Position numbers and translations under genes: made by a program. The notes beneath the pieces are model-generated. The model was not told where the DNA came from, ran no database searches, and saw nothing but the letters and a program-made list of their open reading frames with translations. A DNA stretch of 29,703 nucleotides from positions 1 to 29,703 of the forward strand of contig QPMI01000448.1 in NCBI GenBank assembly GCA_004431415.1. Direction: 5' to 3'. The stretch comes from Cyanophora paradoxa CCMP329. Taxonomy: Eukaryota > Plantae > Glaucophyta. How positions within the stretch are numbered: the stretch's first letter is position 1; the number at the start of each line of letters is the position of its first letter. Shown here piece by piece: positions 11,086 to 20,761 of this stretch.

Positions 11086-11418
11086 TTTGCTTCGGAACTG
11101 CCCACCAGCTCGAGATCCCAGCGCTGGGGCTTCGGTACCGGTACCCCCTGCCGGAGCACCCGCCGTCCCGTTCTCCTGCTGTGAGCTCAACGGCAAGGCT
11201 TCTGCTCAGCTCCTACCGCGGTGCTAGCCCTCTTGTGCTAAATCACGCCCGCACGCCCCGCGCAATCTTCGGGAATTCCCGCGCTGACGCCCATTTGGGC
11301 AGCCGTCAATACACATAGGCGGCCTTCGGCACGGCAGACATGTCAGCGCCGGCCGAGGAACGGAAGCGGAGGCCGCGTACAGACGCGCAGACAAGCGAGC
11401 CGGGCGCGGGAAAGGCCG

Positions 11419-11674
11419 TGTCGGATGAGAGGATTCCCACCCGGTGCAGCGTCCGTGCGGTCACGCACGGGCTGGGGCTGTAGCTGGGAGCACAAGTGGT
11501 CTATTCACAAGTGTACCCGTCCAGGGATCGCGTACCCCCAAACGGAGTCGCGCCCGGCGCTAAGTCAGAATACAGAGAGTGCTAGAGCTAGCTGCTCGAT
11601 AGCACTAGACTAGGGCTAGCGGCTACGCATAGACTGCCGGCTAGCCTAATCCGAGGGAATCGCGGCACGCGACA
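11419..11674 (-). repeat. 3' LTR (256 bp)
   Basis: Termini TGTCG...CGACA; near-identical to 29457-29703. Confidence 0.93.
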
Positions 11675-11686
11675 ACTCCTCACTCT
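11675..11686 (-). promoter_or_regulatory. Polypurine tract
   Basis: Minus strand AGAGTGAGGAGT lies immediately before the TG of the 3' LTR. Confidence 0.75.
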
Positions 11687-12364
11687 GCATACGGTGCGTC
11701 CTCGCACCGGACCGCGCCAAGCCGAACGTCGAGTCTGCATGCTCGACGGGGCGTCCACCCCACCGCCGGGGTGTGCACCAACCACGGCAGCGACAGGGCG
11801 GCGGCGAGTGAACTCCTCTCGAAGTAGAATGTCCGTCGTCAGCAACCAGATATGCCAGGTAGCATAGCTCGCGACCGAAATAGGAGCCGATACCAGCATA
11901 GTGCATGTACCTAGGCAACCCCAGGCCAAGCTCGAAAGATGGAAAAGCATAGAACTCGAAACCCCCCAAAAGCTGGCCCAAACTCGCTCCAACGGCGAGA
12001 GCCGAAGGAGAGTGGCACGGATGGGAAGTTTCACCGCCTCGGGAAGAAACCAGCGAGGAGGTATCCGGGCCGCCCATCAGGCCCAACGAAAGGATAGGGC
12101 ACGACTGAGTGCACCCCCAGCCAGCAACCTCGAGCCCCTCACGGACCCGCAGGCACCCGGGAGGCCTACACCCAGCCACTCTCCACGAGCGACGGGCCCA
12201 GATCCCAGAAAATGGAACGAAAGGCCCAGATGGCGCCCCGTGATTGGCCACCAGCCAACCCACGTCCCACCTCGGAAGCCAGGGCTGAGGCAAAGCGGGC
12301 AAAGAAATCTGCCCCACGGCGCAAGCACAGCGATCGCAAAGGGAACAGCAATGGGACGAGCTTC

Positions 12365-14026
12365 TCACAGGTCGTCGACCAAAATCGCGTCATCCATCTC
12401 AACCTCGTCGCCCTCGGCAGCCCGCTCGGGGCCCTCGGCGTCGACGTCAGGGGCGAGAGGTGGATTTTGTTCTTGAGCGGGCGAGTCCGCGAGTGCGGGG
12501 TCGATCGCCGGCTCGTCGGCGTTCACAGCAGTCTTCCGAGGCCGACCAACGCGGGGACGGGCTTGAGACTCGGAGAGACGCGTGCGGAACGGAAGCATGC
12601 AGTCGATGTGGGCAACAGTCTCACGCAGAGGACGGGTACGGGCATCGTCCTTGGCGGAGTAGGGCTTAGCCGACCCCTTGACCGTGTAGGTGTAACCGCC
12701 AGGGTTAACACCAGTCACAGTGTAGGGCCCGACCCACGAATTGTACAGCCCTTTGTTGTGTTCGCCCATCCAGCACAATACCTTGTCGCCAACCTCAAAG
12801 CGGCGACGATGAGGCGGGTTGCCGGTGCGAGCAACCATGCGGTTCCGATAGAACCGACGGTACTCGCGCGAGGCAGCGTCGGCGCTCGCGGCAGCTCGCG
12901 TCATCGCGAGAAGGTAATCAGCCGGGTGCGTGTGGTCGGGGTTCACGAAGCGGACGCCGGCTCCGAAGCGCACTTCGCAGGGCAGGTGCACTTCAGAACC
13001 GCGGTGCAAGACCATCGGGGAGAACCCGGTGGCGGAGTGCACGGTGGTCCGCAACGCGAGAACGATATCGGCGTTGTAAAGAGGCCAGTCAGAGAGCGGC
13101 CGCTTGTGCTCACGGCACATGGCGTAAGCGAGAGTCTTGTAGACTCCGCCCAGGCGCTCGGCGCCGCCGTTCGAGGCGTGGTGGTAGGCGGCCGCGTGCA
13201 CGAACCGGGTACCCTTCTCCTTGAAGAACGCGTTCCACGCGCCCCCAACGAGTTGGGACCCGCGGTCCGTCAGGATGCGCGCGGGCACGCCCTCGTGCGT
13301 ATAGAAGTCGATCGCGGTGGCGAGCAAGGCCTCGCCGGAGATACGGGAGAGCGGGTAGATATAGCAGAACTTGGTGTATGCGTCGACGTACGCGATGATG
13401 TATCGCGAGCCGTCTTCGTGCATATCCAAGTGGAAGATATCCACCTGCCATAGGTCTCCCTTGCCCGAAGGCTGTATCACCTGAATGGCGGTACGGCGGG
13501 GCTTCGCGGCCTTCGCGAACTGACAGTGCGGGCACGACCGCACAAAGCGAGCGATGGAGGCGTACATGCCAGGCCACCAGAACCGCAGGGCGATCCGACG
13601 GGCTATCACGGGCGCGCCTCGATGGGCCCAGCCCTCGTGATAGGCGTAGAGCACCCTGTCGATCCAAGCGTCCGGCAAGACGGGTAGGAACCGGCCGGCA
13701 GGGACCAAGGGGTTGCGCTCGATGACGCCGTCGTCGGCCAGGCTGAACTCGCCGGCCAGGCGTGCAAAGCGCTCCTTGGCCCGCAGGCAGTGAGCGCAGC
13801 TGGGCGAGCAGGGATCTGCGTCGCGCCTCGAGCCGCGGGTACAGACAGTTGGATTCTCGCCCTCTGCGTGGAAGGCGAGAAGCTTCTTGCAGAAGGAATC
13901 CTCCTTCTGAGCGGCGAGCAGACGCTTGCGCTTCTCGGGCGGGAACATACGGCGCAGCGCGTCGGGGAGCGCCCCATCGACGGCTGGCGAGGGTCCGCAG
14001 GCCCACGCGTCGAGGACGGTATCCAC
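12365..14026 (-). CDS. pol: Integrase domain of Pol
   Basis: HHCC finger (YHEGWAHRG...CPHC), DDE core (WQVDIF, ILTDRGSQL, NGGAERL) and GPY/F motif (WVGPYTV). Confidence 0.95.
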   Translation of the reverse strand: MDTVLDAWACGPSPAVDGALPDALRRMFPPEKRKRLLAAQKEDSFCKKLLAFHAEGENPTVCTRGSRRDADPCSPSCAHCLRAKERFARLAGEFSLADDGVIERNPLVPAGRFLPVLPDAWIDRVLYAYHEGWAHRGAPVIARRIALRFWWPGMYASIARFVRSCPHCQFAKAAKPRRTAIQVIQPSGKGDLWQVDIFHLDMHEDGSRYIIAYVDAYTKFCYIYPLSRISGEALLATAIDFYTHEGVPARILTDRGSQLVGGAWNAFFKEKGTRFVHAAAYHHASNGGAERLGGVYKTLAYAMCREHKRPLSDWPLYNADIVLALRTTVHSATGFSPMVLHRGSEVHLPCEVRFGAGVRFVNPDHTHPADYLLAMTRAAASADAASREYRRFYRNRMVARTGNPPHRRRFEVGDKVLCWMGEHNKGLYNSWVGPYTVTGVNPGGYTYTVKGSAKPYSAKDDARTRPLRETVAHIDCMLPFRTRLSESQARPRVGRPRKTAVNADEPAIDPALADSPAQEQNPPLAPDVDAEGPERAAEGDEVEMDDAILVDDL

Positions 14027-15349
14027 GAAGACCGGCTTGCACGGCGGGCGAACGTCCCGGCCTCTAGGGTCGAGTTCTACCCACCGCTGCGGGGCAGCGG
14101 CCTCGGCGGCGACCGTCTCAGGCTCGAGCGGGGCGGCGTCGTCGGAAGCCTGCCCGCGGGCAGAGGGGCGACCTCGAGCCCGCGGCGCTGGCTTGGGGTC
14201 CGGGGGACCGGCCGAACGCGGATCTGGTGGCGAGCAGTCTCCGGGGAGAGCGAGCGTCGGCGCGGAGGCCCGGGAGGCGGCTCGCCCTCAGGGTCCTCCG
14301 GCTCCCACTCAATATGAATCGGCACCGGCCGATCCGAGGGGTCGACCGGGGAGCGCCAGTGGCGCGTGTTGTACTCATCTCGAGGCTGCCGCCTCAAGGC
14401 GGGGCCGCGAGGGAAGAGCGCGTCGGGATGCAGGGGCCGCGGCTCGGCAAATCCCTTGGCGCCCCACCGACGGGGCCCGGTTTCCGAGCGCTTCGGGACT
14501 CGCTCCGCAAGAGCGAGGGGGAAGCCGTCAGCGTCGCAGGCGTCGGAGGGGACAGGCCCTTCCGGCAGCGACTCGTCATCGATCTCGCCCGAGGCCTCGG
14601 CCTCTGCGTGAGCGTCCTCTAGCAGCGCGGCCGGGGCGCCCAGGTCGCCCTCAGGGGCGTCGGCATCTCCGCGTCCGAGGGAGCCTCGCGCTCCTCGACA
14701 GCGGGCGCCGGGCCCGGCTCTCGTCGTTTCGGGGGCGGCGAGACCGACTCTGGCGCGGGAGGCGCGAAGCGCTCTGGGGCGGCCCGCGCTCGCTTGCGCG
14801 TGGCGGCGTCAGTAGCCGAGGCGGAGGCCTTGGCCTCAGCGAACCCAGCCGACGCAGCAAGCTTGGCGAGCTCGCGGGGCAGGCGTCGCGGCGCGCGCTC
14901 TGGCGGCGGGGGCTCGGCGTCGGAATCGGTTTCCGCAGCACCGCCAGCCTCACCCTCAGGCTCGGGCGCGGGCGCTTCAGGGCGCCGGCGTCGGGCTCGG
15001 CCTCAGGAGCACTGGCTGGCACAGGGGGCCGCGACTCCTCCTCTGCATAAGAGGAGCGGCCCGGCGGGGAAGAGGGGGCGCTCGCAGGCGCCGCCCGGGG
15101 CGCTCGGCGTCTAGCGGCTCGGCCACCCTCGGCTGGGGCTTCCGCGCGGAAGCCGGCGGAGTTGGCGAGCTGGCGCAGGGCCCGCTCGGTCGGGCCCAGC
15201 TGCATCCTAAAGATGCCCAGCGGGACGTCGGGATCCTCAGGCTCAGCCCCTACAGCATGTTGCGGGATGCCGAAGCCTTCGGCGCCCTTGTAGGCCGCGG
15301 GCTTGGACGAGGAACCGTCTGCACCGCCTGGCTGCCAGACGGGGTGGTC

Positions 15350-16810
15350 CTTAGGGAGACGCGAGCACGCGTCGGGACCCCGTTCTGCTTGCCAGGGCGG
15401 TAGACGATCTCAAAGTCGTAGGCCTGCAAGAGCAGGGACCAGCGACCGAGGCGGCCCGTCGTCGGGTCCAGCGTCTTCAGCCACTGGAGGGCGTGGTGGT
15501 CGGTCCGCACCAGGAACTGGGGGCCGCCCAGCAGATAGTGGCGCCAATACTTAATGGCCCAGACTACTGCGAGGCACTCCAGCTCCGTAGCGGAGTAGTT
15601 CATCTCGGCCGGCAGCAGCGTGCGGCTGATGAACGCGAGCGGCCGCTCGACGCCTTTGTCGTCGGCCTGGCTCAGAATTGCGCCGATAGCGTAGGTGCTG
15701 GCGTCCGTCTGGAGAATGAAGGGCTTCGAGAAGTCCGGGAACCGCAATATAATATCGCGGCCCAGGAGTTCTTTCAGCTCCTTAAAGGCGCGGTCGGCGG
15801 GGCCGTCCTCTGGCCAACTCCAGACGGCGTCCTTCAATAGAAGGCGCTGCATGGCGTGCACCACTTTGGAGAAGTTCTCGACAAAGCGGCGGTAGTAGCC
15901 GGCGAGGCCGAGGAACGAGCGGAGCTCGTCCGCGTTCTTCGGCGTCTGCCAGTCCGTGATCACCTTGGTCTTCGCAGGGTCCTGGCGGATCCCTTCGGCG
16001 GAGATGCGGTGGCCGAGAAGGTCGATTTCAGGCACGCAGAAGCGGCACTTCGACGGCTTCAGGCGCAGGTTCGCCTTAGAGATCGTCTCGAAGAGCGCCT
16101 TCAAGTCTAGAAGGTGCTGATCGATGGACGGTGAGAAGACCGTGATATCGTCGATGTACGCGACGACGCAGGTGGTCAGCAAGGGGCCCAGGATCGCAGT
16201 GATCGCGCGGGAGAATGCCGCGGGCCCGTTCGTGACCCCAAACGGCGTAACCTTCCACTGAAAGTGACCCCAGGGGACCACAAATGCAGTGTAGGCTCGG
16301 GAGCCGGGGTGCAGAGGCAGCTGCCAGAAGCCGGCAGTCGCGTCAGCAGTCGAGAAGACCATCGAGCCGCGGAGGCGCTCGAGCTGGTCGTCTATGCGGG
16401 GTAGGGGAAACACGTCCCGCTCGGTGATCTGATTCAGCCTCCGATAGTCGACACAGAAACGCCAAGTGCCGTCCTTTTGGGGCCAGCACTACCGGCGAGC
16501 CATATGCCGCTTGGGAGGGCTCGATCAGCCCAAGCTCAAGGAGTTTCTGAATTTCCTTGCGGGCGTGTTCCTCGGCGTGCGGGTTCATACGCCGCGGAGG
16601 CGTGAACACCGGAAGGCGAGTCGTGAGTTTGATCACGTGCTCGTAATAGAGCAGGTTGCTGGTGCCCTCTTTGGCCTCGACCTTGTCTGCGAAGACATCC
16701 TTGTAGCGCCGCAGGAGCGCGTGAAGTTCGGCTTTCTGCGCCGTCGTGATTGACGGGTGAGAGCCGAGCTCAGGAATCTTCTTCAGCAGCTCTTGCCACT
16801 CCTCCTCTGC
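15350..16810 (-). CDS. pol: Reverse transcriptase and RNase H domains of Pol
   Basis: IEPSQAAYGSPVVL, RFCVDYRRLN, FPLPRIDD, PFGVTNGPAAF, YIDD (16147-16158), LRSFLGLAGYYRRF, LQTDAS, YSATELECLAVVWA and RTDHHAL. One-base frame break in the homopolymer near 16475. Confidence 0.97.
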
Positions 16811-17889
16811 ATTAGGCACCGGCCGCGGTGCCTCAGCGGGCTTCGCGTCGGGTGCTGCAGTCGTAGGGGGTGGGGCATCGGGCCGGGCCGAAAGCGAGGC
16901 TGTGACCACACTCTGGGTGGGGCCTCGGCGTCGGCGACCGGTGCGGCCTTGCGGACCGTAACGTCGCCGCGCATGGCGCGGACTGCATCGAGCAAGTCGC
17001 GCTCCGCTTTTTCGGAGAGACCGGGGAAGGTCGAGCGCAGGGTGGCGTCTCTGGGACGGACACTGCCTCGACTGCGGCGACGAACTCGTCGACCGAGGGC
17101 CTGTGATCGGGGCCGGCGTTGGGGACGCGCTTCGTGACGACGTGCTCATAGCATCGTCGTCGAGGCTAATGATGCTCATAGCATCAAGGTCCTGCAACGG
17201 CCGGTCGGCTGTGTCGAAGGGCAGCTCGCCAAACGTGACGACTATATCGTCGACGTCGTAGGGCGGTGCGCGGGGTGGGTCGGCGGGCTCAGCAGGCGCT
17301 GCGCTAGACAGAGCGCGCTGCTTTTCCGCCTCATCTACGACAGAACGTAGGGTGGAGATTATTTTCTCAACGTCTTTGGCGGGCTCATATGCCGCGCCAA
17401 GCATGCGTGCTTTTCTATTAAAGTGGCGGAGTCCAGTGCGGCGTTTGGCAGGCACGATTCGCAGCCGGCGAATCAAGAGGTCTGTCAATGCACTCGCACT
17501 ACAAGGCATTTGCTCAGGTTCGTACTCAAAATCACCAGGCGGTAGGGCGACCGCCGAAGCGACCGCTACTACCGATCCTAGCGGCAGGGTTACCGGCTGC
17601 CGGCCAGGATTGCACAACCGCACGTGAAACATTTTGTCTCCCGGGTGATTATGCAGCTGGTAAGGGCAGAGTACGCCCAAGGCTTGCGGGGACTCCGGCG
17701 ACGGCTCGACGTAGAGGTGCGGCAACTCACGCGTTGCCGGGCCCTGCCCATTGAGCGTGCATGGGACGAGGGCCTCTCCGACGGGGAGCTTTACTGGTCC
17801 CAGGACTCGGACCAGGATCCCAAGCTGGTCCGGAGCCGAAAAGGGACGACGACTTCGCGGTGCAGGTGGTCACGGGCCCGGAGGCACCA

Positions 17890-18245
17890 CCCGGACAGCG
17901 TCGTGTCGATCTGGCCGTGGACGGCCTGGATCGCGTCCAGGCCGAGCAGAATGTCCGGCTCAACGCCCATGGCGCCGCGCGGGACGACGAAGACGCGGCG
18001 GCAGAAGCGGAGCGAGCCCAGAACGAAGACTACGTCGGCGCGGCGACAACGAATTTTGTCCCGGTCCATGAAACCGCGGACTATCGTGTGGCCCTCGACG
18101 TAATTGACTTCGTCGGGCGGCAGGCGGTCGAGGACTTCCTGGGAACTACAGTTCCCTGGGCGCCCGTGTCGACAACAATGCGAGCGGGCCGTTCAGCGCC
18201 GGAGCGGCCGTTCGGCAGGCGCATAGCAATGCTGCCGTGAATGTG
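17890..18245 (-). CDS. pol: Retroviral-type aspartic protease
   Basis: ARIVVDTGAQGTV (DTG at 18170-18162) and the downstream PDILLGLDAI motif, with one frame break between them. Confidence 0.88.
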
Positions 18246-20761
18246 CAGTGTCTTTGGCCGGAAGAATTCCAGGCCCGGTCGCGCGGGAAGCTAGGTCGGG
18301 CGCGGCGGACGTGGAATTCTGGTTCCGGCGGCGCGGGTGGACCCGACAGGTCCGTTGCGCTTGCGGTTGGGATGGGGGCCGGGACTGGCGAGCCGCGGCT
18401 CGCTCGGCGACTCGGCGCTGCTCTGCCTGGTCGGCCAACGGCGAGGGCTTGGTCCGCTTGCGCGGGCCCGGGCCGTGGCGGTTGGCGTAGAGCAACTCGT
18501 CGCTGGGCGGGTCATAGCCGGCGCGCGTTCCCAGCGGCGTCTCCTCTGCCGGCGGGGCACGGCGAGGGACGGGCGGTTTTTGGAGCCCAGGGCGTGGCCC
18601 GCGGGCATGAGAGCTTCCTCGTCGGAGGTCAGGCCCTCGGGGTAAATGATCGCGGCGGCCTCGAGCGCGTTCTGCGGGGCGAACGCCGCTGTCGGCGCTG
18701 AACCCGAGAACCACGCGCGAGTCGGCCGTGGCGGGGCCTTGTAGCCCGTTTTGCGCATCGAGATGCCGTAGCGGTCCATGATCGCCTGATGCACCGCGCG
18801 TAAGGCGGGCTCCAGGGTCTTTGGATCGACCTGCAGCATTTGCGCGGGGTTCGACAGCCAGTTGAAGACCAGCACGGTCGAGCGCGGCCCGAGCTTGTGC
18901 AGCAGGCGGCGGGCCCAGGCCGGCGCAGGCTCGCGGCTCTTTGGTGGGGCCGGGCGGGCGGCGCGGCTGGCGCCGGCGGCGCGACTGTTTGAGCGGGCGG
19001 CTCGTGGACGACCGTCTGGACGCGGCGGATCGAGATGTACTTCTCGTCCGCCGGCACGGCACAGCGGCCCGGACCGACGCCGGCGTATGCAAGTGGGCGG
19101 GAAGGTCACAGGGCGCGCGGGCCTCGTGCCCGCGGGGTGACGACGCTTCTGCGACGGTGTATACCGCGAAGAAGGGCTTTGGGTTGGCTTTTGCCGCGGC
19201 CTGCATTGCCACGCGAGCCTCGTGCTGGCGCTCGCGCTCAAGCAAGGCTCGCCAGTCTTTGGTGCGATCGAGCGTGGCCCGCAGAGCCTCGAGATCGGCA
19301 CGGGGCCCGTCTGGAGGAGCGAGATCATCATGCCCGTCTCCCCAGCGGAGAGGCTGATCTGCATATCGATGCCGGCCCGGAGGGCGCGGCAGACGTCTTC
19401 CAGGCCCGCCGAGCGGCCTGCTTTGCCTGGGCGAAGGCTTCGTCTGAGACCTTCTGAGCGCCGCCGGGCTTGGCGCGCGTCTCGGCGTGGCTAGCGGCGG
19501 TGCGGATCTGGCGCTCGACTGTTTGAAGCCAAAGCCCCAATTCCGTGACCCTTGGCCCCGGATCTTCACGTCGCGGCAGCTCGAGCACTCGCGCACAAAC
19601 TGCAGGAGGCCCCTGCTGGGACGTCAGCCTGGGGTTGAAAGTCGTGGCGGCGGAGGCGCGCGGCGCGGCCACTGAGGCGCGCGGCTGCTCCGGCGTCGAC
19701 TGGTCTGCGCGCGGCGGCTCGGCCTGGCTCGCACGCGATGACCGCTCCTGGGCCTGAGAGATGGAGGCGCGACCCTCCGCAGGCTTGGACGGCGCCGCCG
19801 ACTGCGGACCGGCCTCGCTCTGCCCCTCAGGCCCCTCTAGAAAGGGCTGCTGGCGCTCGTTGCGTCCGCCCGTCGGCGGCTGCCCACCCGATGGTGGCGC
19901 GGCGGCGCGGGCCGAGGACGACGCGGACTGAGCGTCCATCTGGTTCTGGAGCTTGATCAGGACCAGCGCGGTGGCCTGCTCAGCTCGCGCGGACGCGAGA
20001 GCGAGTCTGGCATCTCAGCGTACTGCGCCTTCCAGACCATGTCGAAGAGCTCGCGCAATGTGGCGGGCAGCCTCGCAGGCGGGCGTCGTTCTCGTGCCGC
20101 TTGTACGCAGCGTCTACGGCGCCGCGCGCGGGTCCGGCGGGCGGCGAGAGGACTGGCTGCTGCGAGGCTGCGGCGGTCTCGCGGCGAGGCGCGGTCGCGC
20201 GAGCCTTCTTCGAGCTTTTGCGCCGCTTATCGTCATGGCGGGGCTCCGGCTCGGGCTCCGATCGCGCGAGCGCGAGCGGGAGCTAGAGCGGGACGGTGTT
20301 CGGCTCCGGCGGCGTTCCCGCGAGCCTCGGCGAGGGCTCCGCCTGTCGCGAGTGTCGCGAGCCGTGGACCGTCGGCTCGGCGGGCTGCGGTCGCGGCGCG
20401 GCGGCGAGCGATCACGGCGGTCCGGGAGCGGCGGCGGGAGCCTCGCGGTCCGGCGGTCCGGCGAAGGGCGTCGGGAGCCCTCGCGATCGCGGCGTTCCAA
20501 CGAACGGCGGGACGGCGGCGGCGCCCGGATTGCCGTGGGGCTCCGGGGAGCGCTCGCGGCGCGTGGAGGGCCCCGCGTCTCGCGCCTGTCTGGGGTGCGA
20601 GAGCGGCGACTGGACGGGGCTCGGCGCGGCTCGGGTGTGCGCGAGCGGCGCTGAGACGAGGCCCGCTCAGGGGTCCGGCGGGCCTGCGACGCGCGACTGG
20701 CCGTGTCGTCCCTGCGGCTCGAGCTTGCCTCAGCCTGGCGGCTCGAGCTGGGCGGCGGCAT
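18246..20761 (-). CDS. Long N-terminal extension of the Pol ORF: RS-rich region followed by unknown helical domains (frame-broken)
   Basis: ATG at 20761; RRSRTPSRSSSRSRSRDRSPSRSP tract; overlapping coding-like pieces (VTELGLWLQTVERQIR, DLEALRATLDRTKDWRALLE, TVLVFNWLSNPAQML) run on to the protease. Confidence 0.6.

Noticed and set aside
11687-12364. Chromodomain or env-like ORF after integrase
   Set aside because: No chromodomain motif or convincing coding signal; treated as 3' UTR.
15250-16413. Retron, group II intron or DIRS-type RT
   Set aside because: RT-RNase H with a DDE integrase, aspartic protease and direct LTRs is clearly Ty3/Gypsy.
16440-16490. Programmed frameshift within RT
   Set aside because: The break falls in a homopolymer inside a conserved motif (PKKDG) and matches the single-base loss pattern seen between the LTRs.
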